Assembly: GCA_964535465.1 (NCBI GenBank)
Contig: CAZHUY010000001.1
Span: 1 to 62,129, forward strand
Reading direction: 5' to 3'
Length of the DNA: 62,129 nt
Source: an uncultured Myxococcales bacterium
GTDB taxonomy: Bacteria > Myxococcota_A > Polyangia > Fen-1088
Every line of letters begins with the position of its first letter. Within the stretch, counting starts at the first letter, position 1. Position numbers and translations under genes: made by a program. This document shows, one piece after another, positions 43,650 to 52,388 of this stretch. The notes beneath the pieces are model-generated. The model saw only the letters and a program-made list of their open reading frames with translations, made no database searches and was not told where the DNA came from.

Positions 43650-45851
43650 TCACTCAATGTAGAGGTCGGCCGAGGCGGAGGCGGGACTGGTGTTGCTCGT
43701 GTCGGTACCGCCACCGGTGACCAGCACCCATCCGTTGCTGAGGCGGGTGGCGGTGTGGTGGAAGCGCACGGTGCTCATGAGCGAGCTGACGTTGGTGAAG
43801 CTGCCAGCCTCGTAGATATCGGCGTCCGCGCGAACCCCGGAGGCATTGCGACCACCCACGATGAGGACCTTGCTCTCGCTGAGTGGCGTGGCGGTGTGAA
43901 ACATGCGCGCCGTGGTCATGTTGCCGGTGGTGTCGGTGAAGGTCTTGCTGTTTGGATCGAAGAGCGCCGCGGTCGCGACCTGGCCCACACGCATGGCCCC
44001 CCCACCCGTGACCAACACCTGCCCGCCTGGCATGAGGGTCGCGGTGGCGAATGTCCGCAGATCGTAATCGACAGCGCTGAACATGGGGATGGTGCCGCTG
44101 GCGATCTCCGCTCCGGGGTTGTCGGCGACGGCGACGTTGGCGCCCCCCACCACCAGAATGCGATCGTCGTTGAGCAACGTGACGGTGGGCCCATAGGGTC
44201 GGGGCACAAGCATGCCCAGACCCGTGTTGAAGGCCTCGGTGCTGGGATTGAACGACTCCACCGTGGACAGCTCCGAGGTGAACGAGTCGGAGGTGGAATA
44301 GCCGCCTACGAAGTAAACACGACCATCCTTCAGCCGCGTGGCGGCGTGGCCAGCCCGGGCCGAGCTCATGGCGGCGGAGACCGCGGTAAAACGGTTGGTG
44401 GTCGGGTCATAGATCTCTGCGCTGTCCACCACGGTGTCGGGATCCGACATGCCGCCCACCAAGAGCACGCGGCCGTCGATCATGAGCGTGGCAGTGTGCA
44501 GTTGCCGCCCCACGGTCATCGAACCCGTGGTGGCCGTGAATTTGCCCGTGCCCGGGTCATAGATCTCGGCCGTGGCCAAAGAGGCTCCCGTGCTCGAAGT
44601 GTTGCCGCCCGCGATCAGGACCTTCTGGTTGTTGAGCAGGGTCGCGGTGTGATCGCGTCGACCTACCGACATCGAGCCGGTCGGGATGAATCCCTCCAAG
44701 GTCACGGTGGCGGTCTTGGTCTCCTTGTCGCCGGCCTGGTTGCTCACGGTGAGGGAGTAGACGGTGGTGGCCGCGGTGGGAATGACGCTGACCCCGATGG
44801 TGCTGGTGACCTCGCCGACCCCATGGTCGATGGTGCCGGTGCCGTCGGCGAAGACGGAGGTCAGGGTCGTCGCGTTTCCCGAAATCACGTGGAGGGGATT
44901 GGCGACGAAACTGGTGATGGTGGGCAAGGGCACGACCTTCACGCTGGCGTCCAGGGTGACCATTTCCCCCTGGGAATTGGTCACCGTCAGAGTGAAGGTC
45001 TTGTCGCTCGACAAGGCTCCCGTGGGGGCGCCGACCCCGCTTTCGATCACTCCCACACCACCGCTGACGCTTCCGGTGCCGCCGGTGAAGACGGCGGTCA
45101 AGGTCGCCTGGCTCCCTCGGCTGATGATGGAGGGCTCCGCCGTGAAGCTGACGATCTTCGGTGACTCGACCACGAGTCTGGTGTCCGCCGGGAGATCGAT
45201 ACGGGGAAGATCCGGGCTCGCGAGATCGACGCCAGGAAGATCCGGGCTCGCGAGATCAAGGCGGAGATCGACACGGACATCGGCGCGCGCATCGGGGCCG
45301 CCATCCGGGCCTGGGACGACCGCGCCCGTGTCGGCTTTCGATGTCGAGGTGTCCAGATGCGCTCCGTCCGGGTTCACCCGGCTGTCGGGCGGGGCCAAAC
45401 CATCCCAGAGTTGCGAGTCGTTGGCGATGAAGGTGTCGGCCGATCCCCCTGCGTCCGCGGTGGGAGAGAGGCCTTCGCTGTCGATAGCATCGCGGGTCTC
45501 CGCGCTGCTCCCGATCCTCGGGGTGTCGCCCACGTCCTGATCCCGCGCAAGACCATCGCTCGGGCCATCGCCGCTTTTGACCGAGCCGTCGCTCGAGGTT
45601 CCCGCGTCCCCGCCGCAGGAGAGATCACCGATGGCACAGCAGATGCCGGGGTTGAATTTGGTCTCGCAGCGATGGTCTTTCGGACACTGGCTGTCCTTTT
45701 CGCAAACCAGCTTGTGCACGTCGACCTTGGGGCTCTGGCCGAAGCACCCCGCCAGGGACAAGGCCCCGAGCCATCCGCACATCAGCAACAGGGCAGGTCG
45801 GGAAGAAAGGTGACCCACGGACATCCGGCGTTTGGTGAGGGGGCGACTCAT
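43650..45851 (-). CDS. Kelch-repeat beta-propeller lipoprotein with tandem Ig-like domains
   Basis: Start at MSRPLTKRR (45851), overlapping the upstream stop (TAATG). Lipobox LSLAGC, a disordered acidic region, then two ~85-aa Ig-like repeats (ATLTAVFTGGTGSV..., TTLTSVFADGTGTI...). At least 6 Kelch-like blades follow (HTATLL.NG.VL..GG pattern). Confidence 0.8.
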   Translation of the reverse strand: MSRPLTKRRMSVGHLSSRPALLLMCGWLGALSLAGCFGQSPKVDVHKLVCEKDSQCPKDHRCETKFNPGICCAIGDLSCGGDAGTSSDGSVKSGDGPSDGLARDQDVGDTPRIGSSAETRDAIDSEGLSPTADAGGSADTFIANDSQLWDGLAPPDSRVNPDGAHLDTSTSKADTGAVVPGPDGGPDARADVRVDLRLDLASPDLPGVDLASPDLPRIDLPADTRLVVESPKIVSFTAEPSIISRGSQATLTAVFTGGTGSVSGGVGVIESGVGAPTGALSSDKTFTLTVTNSQGEMVTLDASVKVVPLPTITSFVANPLHVISGNATTLTSVFADGTGTIDHGVGEVTSTIGVSVIPTAATTVYSLTVSNQAGDKETKTATVTLEGFIPTGSMSVGRRDHTATLLNNQKVLIAGGNTSSTGASLATAEIYDPGTGKFTATTGSMTVGRQLHTATLMIDGRVLLVGGMSDPDTVVDSAEIYDPTTNRFTAVSAAMSSARAGHAATRLKDGRVYFVGGYSTSDSFTSELSTVESFNPSTEAFNTGLGMLVPRPYGPTVTLLNDDRILVVGGANVAVADNPGAEIASGTIPMFSAVDYDLRTFATATLMPGGQVLVTGGGAMRVGQVATAALFDPNSKTFTDTTGNMTTARMFHTATPLSESKVLIVGGRNASGVRADADIYEAGSFTNVSSLMSTVRFHHTATRLSNGWVLVTGGGTDTSNTSPASASADLYIE

Positions 45852-46666
45852 TAGAAGGCTCCGTGCAGGGTCAAACCCGCGCTGCGGGAATCGACGGTTG
45901 GTAGAAAGGTGAGGCTTGCCTCCGCGCGTGCAGCCCGCCACCCCAGGAGGTAGAGCGTCGCGCCCGTGGCCACCGCCGCGGCGCCCACGCCGTAGCAAAT
46001 CCAGCCCGCCGTCTCATAGGTCGAACGCCGCGACTCGGTGTCCCGGTCATACCGATTGTCCGAGAGATCGTCGCGCATCTGCTGCGCCAGATCTTGCGTC
46101 TTTAGGGCCAGCAAGACACCGGTGACCACGGAAGCGACCCCCACGGAGGCCGCCACGATGCCGGTGATGCGCAGGGAGCGGCCAGCCGTCGATTCCGCCT
46201 TGGGCGCGGGAGTCGCGGTCGCGGCGATCTCGGGCAATGGCGCTTCGGTCACCGTGGGCGGTGGTGGAGGAGGAGCGATGGGGGGCTCGAGCCTGGGAGG
46301 AGGTGAGGCCACAACCTGGGGCGCGCCGCCACAGTCCAGGATCTGCTTCTCCACGTCCTCGCGCTCGCGCTGCGAGATACCGACCGCCTTGCGCAGGTAT
46401 TCGCGAAAACGATCCACCGCCTCGTCGCAGCGGCGATTCTGTTGGTAGCATCGGCCTTGGTTGTAGATGTACGTCGAGTTGTTGGTCTCGACCAGCAGGT
46501 CGGCCAGGATCTCGATGCCCTTCTTCACGTCTCCCATCGCGCAGGATTTCTTGGCCGCCTTCTCCCGCGAGAGCTTGTTCTTGCCGGCGGCCGCCGCGGG
46601 GACAGTCCACCCCATGACCGCCACACCGAAGAGCAACAAAGCCAGTGTTCGATTTCCGCAGTGCAT
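45851..46666 (-). CDS. Secreted TPR-like/proline-rich protein with C-terminal membrane anchor segment
   Basis: 271-aa ORF with a signal peptide, a helical Cys-containing N-domain, a PPPRLEPPIAPPPPPP linker and a hydrophobic helix. The C-terminus ends in ...LTLHGAF (terminal aromatic residue). Confidence 0.65.
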   Translation of the reverse strand: MHCGNRTLALLLFGVAVMGWTVPAAAAGKNKLSREKAAKKSCAMGDVKKGIEILADLLVETNNSTYIYNQGRCYQQNRRCDEAVDRFREYLRKAVGISQREREDVEKQILDCGGAPQVVASPPPRLEPPIAPPPPPPTVTEAPLPEIAATATPAPKAESTAGRSLRITGIVAASVGVASVVTGVLLALKTQDLAQQMRDDLSDNRYDRDTESRRSTYETAGWICYGVGAAAVATGATLYLLGWRAARAEASLTFLPTVDSRSAGLTLHGAF

Positions 46667-46781
46667 GAGCTCACCTTCCTACGAGGTCGCGGTCATCGCA
46701 ACGCATTTTGTCGAATTAACCAAGAAGCTCTTGATTCGTTCGAGCAGAAGCTCTCCCGCGCCCTGGAGATCGGGGCGATCA

Positions 46782-46811
46782 CCCCCCCGTTTGCTCCGCC
46801 GCGACGGGGGG
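46782..46811 (-). terminator. GC-rich hairpin downstream of ldh (terminator candidate)
   Basis: CCCCCCCG-N15-CGGGGGG lies 14-43 nt past the ldh stop (46825). There is no U-tract. Confidence 0.3.
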
Positions 46812-46824
46812 CGCCCACCGCTGG

Positions 46825-47769
46825 TCAGATCCCCAGCTCCGCGATGCTGCCCTTGATGGCCGTGGCCGAACGGGTGAGCTGCTCGCGTTCCTCGTCGGAG
46901 AGCTGCAATTCCAGCACGCGCGCGATACCGCGGCGATTGATGACGCTGGGCAGGCTCAAGCACACGTCGGAGATCCCGTATTGACCGGTGAGCAGGCTGG
47001 TGGTGGACAGGACCGTGCTCTGGTCGCGCACGATGGCCTCGACGATGCGGAGCAGACCGGCGGCGACAGCGTAGTAGGTCGCGCCCTTACGTTCGATGAT
47101 TTGATAGGCGGCGTCCCGGGTCTTGCGGAAGATCTCCTGCATGGCGCTGCTCTCGTGCACAGCCCACCCCTCGCCGTGCACGTCGGCCAGGCGGACGCCG
47201 GCGATGTTGGCCAGCGACCACACCGGCACCTCGCTGTCGCCGTGCTCGCCGATGATGTGCGCGTGCAGGCTGCGCGCGTCCACGCCGAAGTGGCTGGCCA
47301 GCAAGGTGCGGAAACGCGCGGTATCCAGGATGGTTCCCGAGCCGAAGACGCGCCGTCGGCTGAGACCGGAGATCTTGTAGGCCGCGTAGGTGAGCAGATC
47401 GACGGGGTTGGTGGCCACAAGGATGATGCCCTCCTGATTCACCGCCGCGACCTGGGAGACGACGCTGCGAAACACGGCCACGTTGCGCTTGAGCAGGGCC
47501 ATGCGGTTCTCGCCGGGCTTCTGGCTGGCCCCGGCCGAGATCATGGTGACCAGGGCGCCCTTGCAGTCCTCGTAGCCGCCCGCCCAGACGCGCGTGGGAT
47601 TGCTGAAGGGCACGGCGTGCTCCAGATCCATGGCCTGGCCCTCGGCGCGCGCGTGGTCGGCGTCGATGAGGACGATCTCGCGAGCGAGCCCGCTCAGCAT
47701 GAGCGAATACGCGAAGGTCGCGCCGACGTTACCGGCGCCCACGACAGCGATGCGAACCGGTTCGTTCAT
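46825..47769 (-). CDS. ldh: L-lactate dehydrogenase
   Basis: 314-aa ORF with VGAGNVGATFAYSL, GASQKPGENR (Gln at the substrate-specificity position, LDH-type), NPVDLLT and IGEHGDSEVPVWS. Confidence 0.9.
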   Translation of the reverse strand: MNEPVRIAVVGAGNVGATFAYSLMLSGLAREIVLIDADHARAEGQAMDLEHAVPFSNPTRVWAGGYEDCKGALVTMISAGASQKPGENRMALLKRNVAVFRSVVSQVAAVNQEGIILVATNPVDLLTYAAYKISGLSRRRVFGSGTILDTARFRTLLASHFGVDARSLHAHIIGEHGDSEVPVWSLANIAGVRLADVHGEGWAVHESSAMQEIFRKTRDAAYQIIERKGATYYAVAAGLLRIVEAIVRDQSTVLSTTSLLTGQYGISDVCLSLPSVINRRGIARVLELQLSDEEREQLTRSATAIKGSIAELGI

Positions 47770-47956
47770 GGTTCAAAGTCTACCGGCTGGAGTGCCGACG
47801 GGCCGCCCCCTTTATCGTCGGCCACAGGACTCACGTGACAGTCCCCCTATCGCATATTCAGAAATGTGGGTGAAAGCGATTCCCTCGCCCCTTGGCCGGC
47901 ATCAGAGAATTCGACGTAGCGCCCCGCGCGCTCCGGTCTGGCTTGGCGCGAGGTCG

Positions 47957-48174
47957 GGCCTTCTAGGTGATAACCCGCGCGCTCCGGCGCGGCGGGTCCT
48001 GTCGCTGCAGGACTCCTCCCCGCAGCTTCCTCCGGGCGATTCGCTTCGCAAAGTGGTGCAAGCGCACATCCCGGAGTGCGCCTGCAGCACAGGCGGCACG
48101 CGCCCTCCGCGAAGCTGCGGGTCCCCTCCTTCCGCGCCACCCGCCACACCTACGCCCGCTGGACTTCAGCGCAG
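47957..48174 (+). repeat. Structured intergenic repeat, copy A (~218 bp)
   Basis: Aligns along its length with 48829-48884 + 49021-49174 and with 49276-49494. Shared blocks are GGCCTTC..GTG.CGACCCGCGC.CTCCGGCG.GGCGGGT.CTGTCGCTGCAGGA and CAGCTTCCTCCGGGCGA.TCG.TTCGCAAAGTGGTG...CATCCCGGAGTGCGCCTGCAGCACAGGC.GCACGCGCCCTCCG.GAAGCT...GTCCCCTCCTTCCGCGCCACCC. Confidence 0.8.
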
Positions 48175-48296
48175 GCAGGGGATCCGCAAATGGGTCCCTG
48201 CGAGCTTCCCGTGCAAGGTGATTGCGATCACCGCGACCGCCTGTTACCCCTGCTCCGCCATTTCCGGAGGACGGGAAGGTGCTACGGTGGACGTTG

Positions 48297-48752
48297 ATGA
48301 CACGGGCAAAGACAACGCCATGGATTCTGTGGCTCACCCTTGCCGCCGCAGGCGTGGGCTGCACCTCCGCTACGACCACTGGTGGCGATTGCCACGCCCT
48401 TGGTCGGCCGAGTGACGTGAAAACCGCGCCGGGCGCTTACGACGGGTACGAGGTCATCAAAGACTGCCCCGCGTCGGAGGCCCAATTCGCAGTTCGCGGT
48501 CTTGCCAAAATGAGCGATGGCCGCATGACCGCGCAACAGGTGTGCTGGGCCATCGAAATCCCCGGCACGATCCATGGCTGCGGGGTTACGTACGACGCGT
48601 GCACCACCGAAGGCACAACCGAAGGCGCAATCATGAGCGTGTCCGACTGGCGCGCCGTGGACTCGATCATCGAGCAACTCGGCCGCCTGCTCAGGGATGA
48701 CAACTCGTACCGGGAGATCGCCATCCACGTGGGAGCGCCACCCTGCGAATAG
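48297..48752 (+). CDS. Orphan Cys-containing lipoprotein
   Basis: Start at MTRAKTTPWILWLTLAAAGVGC (ATG 48297; lipobox AGVGC). 151 aa with no recognisable domain. It is flanked by repeat copies A and B. Confidence 0.5.
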   Translation: MTRAKTTPWILWLTLAAAGVGCTSATTTGGDCHALGRPSDVKTAPGAYDGYEVIKDCPASEAQFAVRGLAKMSDGRMTAQQVCWAIEIPGTIHGCGVTYDACTTEGTTEGAIMSVSDWRAVDSIIEQLGRLLRDDNSYREIAIHVGAPPCE

Positions 48753-48828
48753 CTGCCCGCCGGATCGAGCCGACAACGTCCCTGACCCACGTGCTCCGGC
48801 ATTGTGGCTCCTGTCAGCTTCAAGGTTA

Positions 48829-49206
48829 GGCCTTCAACGTGGCGACCCGCGCGCTCCGGCGTGGCGGGTGCTGTCGCTGCAGGAGATGATCGAAATGGAA
48901 ACCCTGGAAGGGTTTCCAAACCCTTCGGCTCCCCACCTGCCTCCCCTCCCACGCTCGCTGCGCTCGGCCTCGCGCGATGGTACGTCGCCAGCAAAGCCGG
49001 CGAGCTCCCCACGCGTTCCTCAGCTTCCTCCGGGCGATTCGTTTCGCAAAGTGGTGAAACCGCACATCCCGGAGTGCGCCTGCAGCACAGGCAGCACGCG
49101 CCCTCCGCGAAGCTACAGGTCCCCTCCTTCCGCGCCACCCCCCACCCCTACGCCCGCTGGCCTTCAGTGCAGACCCGAGCCTCTCCCGCCAGCATGTCTC
49201 TGGCAC
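48829..49206 (+). repeat. Structured intergenic repeat, copy B, interrupted by a ~135-bp insertion (48885-49020)
   Basis: The 5' block 48829-48884 and 3' block 49021-49206 match copies A and C. The intervening sequence is absent from A and C and contains a perfect hairpin GGAAACCC-TGGAA-GGGTTTCC (48897-48917). Confidence 0.8.
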
Positions 49207-49275
49207 TTTCTGAGTCGGCCCCCGGCCCACAAACAGGTCTCTGGCTCTCTCTGAGTCGGCCCTCGGCCCACGCGC

Positions 49276-49543
49276 GGCCTTCCTCGTGGCGACCCGCGCC
49301 CTCCGGCGTGGCGGGTCCTGTCGCTGCAGGACCCCTCCCCGCAGCTTCCTCCGGGCGACTCGTTTCGCAAAGTGGTGAAACCGTACATCCCGGAGTGCGC
49401 CTGCAGCACAGGCGGCACGCGCCCTCCGTGAAGCTGCGGGTCCCCTCCTTCCGCGCCACCCCCCACGCCTACGCCCGCTAGACTTCAGCGCAGACAGACC
49501 CGGGCTTCGCCCGCCAACATGTCCGCCGACATGTCTCTGGCAC
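49276..49543 (+). repeat. Structured intergenic repeat, copy C (~268 bp)
   Basis: Uninterrupted copy in the same orientation. It shares an extra 3' tail (..CAGAC..CCCGCCA.CATGTC...ATGTCTCTGGCAC) with copy B only. Confidence 0.8.
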
Positions 49544-49576
49544 CCACCCCAGCGAGAACAACTATCACCCGGGTTC

Positions 49577-49939
49577 TACTGGCAGGCTGTCGAACTCGAA
49601 AGCCCAAGGGCACCTATGTTCACAAAGACCGGAGATCCCTCTCGGCAGCTCACACACGCTATCCGGCAAATCCAGGACTGGCGGGCATGGGTTGCATCGA
49701 ATCAAGCCTATGCCTCGAGAACGAGGCGTGACAATGGCCTCGGCTTGCAGGACATCTCTCCGAATCTCCCTGGCCTCATCCTCATTGGAAGGAGGCAGGC
49801 AACCGATCCCGGCACAAATACGCTCCGACGGCAAATGATGGCTGACCTTCGAATTGAGATCCGCACCTTCGACTCCCTCCTTGATCAGGAGCAGGCAGTT
49901 CCCATCTACGTGCGCTTTGGCGACCGGGCCTGGGGCTAG
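49577..49939 (+). pseudogene. C-terminal remnant of a DUF4263/Shedu-type PD-(D/E)xK nuclease
   Basis: The in-frame translation is YWQAVELESPRAPMFTKTGDPSRQLTHAIRQIQDWRAWV...LPGLILIGRRQ...LRIEIRTFDSLLDQ. It resembles the catalytic-core-to-C-terminus part of Shedu SduA-like nucleases, with E-L-E-S where E-x-K is expected (by eye). There is no N-terminal half, and the sequence upstream runs straight into repeat copy C. Confidence 0.4.
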
Positions 49940-50960
49940 TCTTCCCGACTTCGGGTAGTTGGAAACCTGGAACAGTCCGAGCTTTGGACAGGCATCTCTG
50001 GATTCCGGACCGGCCTTGCCTGGATGACCGCCTTATCGGTTGGGTCAAAGACGCGTTTGTTCCGCTCCGAGGATCATCTCAGGCGCCACCAAATCCGTCT
50101 CGTTCTCATACAGATGTCCTTCCTGCCACTGACGGCAGCGAGGCGCTTAGCGGGTGGCGGGGCGATTCCTCGGGGGCGGAAGGAGCTGCTCCTCGGGCCG
50201 TCTGCGGGCCGAGGATGCCAAGCGACGATCGAGTCCATCATGGACGGGCGCACGCGGAACCTTGAAGCTCTCCCGGGCCCTCGGCGCCCGGCCTGAGATG
50301 GACGTCCCCCGAGGAACGACCCGACGACCGCGCGCCTCGCGTCCGCTTTCGATGACGTCCCTTCCTCGCGGTCCCACCACGCGGCTCGCCTCTCCCCTAA
50401 CTTCGCCCTCGTCCCTGCAGGGATCCCACAGCATCGCGTGTTGTTCCCTCCCCTGACATCGACCTCGCCTACTCATCGCCTTGCGACCCCTTCCCCGCTC
50501 GCACGAGGTGCCCACCCTGGCGGCGTGACCACGAGGTCTGGGCCGCCGCCCAAGCCGCGGGCCGGTTCCTGGTCACCCAAGACCTCGACTTCTCGGCTGT
50601 CTGGTGGTTGCTACCCCGACGTAGGTGCGAGTCTTGCGACCGCCGACCTGATGGTCGTCGCGGATGTGCAGCAAGAACGCGCGATCGTCCTGCACAGGGG
50701 AGCCGCCTCGGCGAAAATGCGATCCCGCAGGTAGGGGCTGATCCCGCCCTCGGTGACGACGTCCACGCGACGACCCCAAAGACCAAGATACCTCTAGCAC
50801 CTGGCCCAGCGTGAGGGACAAGCCGGCCCATCCGCAACATAGGTGACCTTTTCTGACAAAAGTCGGCGTCTAGAGACAAGAGGGATATCCACGTAAGAAC
50901 CACGGGGGCCAAGAGAGCTCTCGTGTCTCCCGTCCCCGCTCACGATCTGGAGGTTCACCC

Positions 50961-52367
50961 ATGAGAAAGATGCTCTTGGCCACCCTGTGCGTCGGTCTTC
51001 CCGCGCTGGTCGCGTCCTGTTCGAACGACTCAGGCGACGGTCAGGGGTCAACGGGTGGCGACTCCTCCGCCAGCTCGAGCTCGAGCTCCAGCCAGGGCGG
51101 CTCGTCGGCCAAGTCCAGCAGCTCGAGCAGCAAGTCCAGCGGCGGCAGCACGGCTGCCAGCAGCAGCAGCGCCAGCGGGGGCAGCTCGGCAAGTGCGGGC
51201 AGCAGCGGCGGCGCGAGTACGGCGACCAGCAGCTCCAGCAGCAGCGCCGGCGGCGGCAAGGCGGGCGCGGGTGGCGGCGGCTCGGGCGGCAAAGGCGGGA
51301 CCGGGGGGGCGGCCACCAGCGGCGGCGGCTCGGGCGGCAAGGGCGGCGGCGGCACTTCGACCGGCACCGGCGGCACGGCGAGCGGCGGCCACACAGGGAG
51401 CGCGGGGAGCGGCGGCGGCGGCACGGCCTCCACAGGCGGCGGCCTGGCCATCGGCAACCCTCCGGTGCCGAGCAAAGGCTGCGGCAATGCCGATGGCGTG
51501 AAGACGCTGACGACCGGCGGCTCGTCGGTCAATGGCGCTCCCGCCACGTCGACCCGACTCAAGGGCGTGACCAGCGGCGGCAAGACCCGCGCCGTCATCA
51601 TCGACATCCCGGAAAACTACGATGCGACCAAGCCCTACCGCCTGGTCTTCTCCTGGCGCCAGATGGGCGGCTCGGACACCGGCAACGCCACGGGCCTGCA
51701 CCCCGCGGGCGATGGGCCCAACTTCGACGCCAAGAGCTACGCGTACTTCGGGCTCCGTCGCGAATCGCTCAACGCCAACCAGCCCACCATCTTCGTGGCG
51801 CCCGACACCGATCCGGTTGGCGGGAACTGGAACTGGGAAAAGGACAGCCCCTACTTCGACGACCTGCTCAAGCTGGTCAGCGAGAACCTGTGCATCGACG
51901 AGAGCCGGGTCTTCGCCACCGGCTTCAGCTTCGGCGCGATGATGAGCTATGCGCTGTCGGTGGGGCGTGCGACCAAGCTGCGCGCGGTGGTCACCATGGC
52001 GCCGGCCAATTACAACTTCACTCAGCCGACCAACAACCATGTCCCCCTCGCGTACATGAGCGTGACCGGCATGAGCGACGGCACCTGCCCGTGGGGCGAC
52101 GACTCGCGCGGCGGGAGGGCCTGCGTGGTTCAGCACGCCAAGGACAACGGCTGCACGCTTCCCTCCCCCATCCCGACCGAGGCCAAGGGCAGCAGGAAGT
52201 ACACCTGCTACGACTTCGAGAAGTGCAAGGAGGGCTATCCCGTCAAGGTGTGCACCTTCGACGGCGGGCACACCCCATCGAGCATCAATGACGGGACCTC
52301 GACCGGGGATGACGGCCTCAAGGCCTTCGTTCCGCCCATCGCCTGGAAGTTCATGGCGCAGTTCTAA
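50961..52367 (+). CDS. Secreted esterase lipoprotein (PHB-depolymerase/feruloyl-esterase, CE1-like) with long Gly/Ser linker
   Basis: 468-aa ORF preceded by a GGAGG RBS, with lipobox LVASC and a ~150-aa S/G-rich linker. The catalytic domain has a GFSFGAMM nucleophile elbow and paired Cys. Confidence 0.8.
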   Translation: MRKMLLATLCVGLPALVASCSNDSGDGQGSTGGDSSASSSSSSSQGGSSAKSSSSSSKSSGGSTAASSSSASGGSSASAGSSGGASTATSSSSSSAGGGKAGAGGGGSGGKGGTGGAATSGGGSGGKGGGGTSTGTGGTASGGHTGSAGSGGGGTASTGGGLAIGNPPVPSKGCGNADGVKTLTTGGSSVNGAPATSTRLKGVTSGGKTRAVIIDIPENYDATKPYRLVFSWRQMGGSDTGNATGLHPAGDGPNFDAKSYAYFGLRRESLNANQPTIFVAPDTDPVGGNWNWEKDSPYFDDLLKLVSENLCIDESRVFATGFSFGAMMSYALSVGRATKLRAVVTMAPANYNFTQPTNNHVPLAYMSVTGMSDGTCPWGDDSRGGRACVVQHAKDNGCTLPSPIPTEAKGSRKYTCYDFEKCKEGYPVKVCTFDGGHTPSSINDGTSTGDDGLKAFVPPIAWKFMAQF

Positions 52368-52388
52368 TCGAGCTCGCCCTTCAGCCGG

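Noticed and set aside
47847-49466. Minus-strand ORFs across the repeats (MWRVARKEGTRSFAEGACRLCC..., MARKEGTCSF..., MARKEGTRSFTEGACRLCC...) as a possible small Cys-rich protein family
   Set aside because: They have GTG starts without an RBS. Differences between copies are mostly non-synonymous, and the ORFs extend to different lengths in each copy. Hairpin-preserving substitutions fit a structured nucleic-acid element better.
47957-49543. CRISPR array or tandem minisatellite interpretation of the three repeats
   Set aside because: The units are ~210-270 bp, far longer than CRISPR repeats. Spacing is irregular (655 bp and 70 bp), and there are no short unique spacers or nearby cas genes.
51041-52271. 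Long alternate-frame and antisense ORFs (50987-52291 +, 51048-52271 -, 51041-51607 -) over the esterase gene
   Set aside because: They are produced by the GC-rich Gly/Ser-linker codons. Only the 50961-52367 frame has a signal peptide, a lipobox and the GFSFG esterase motif.
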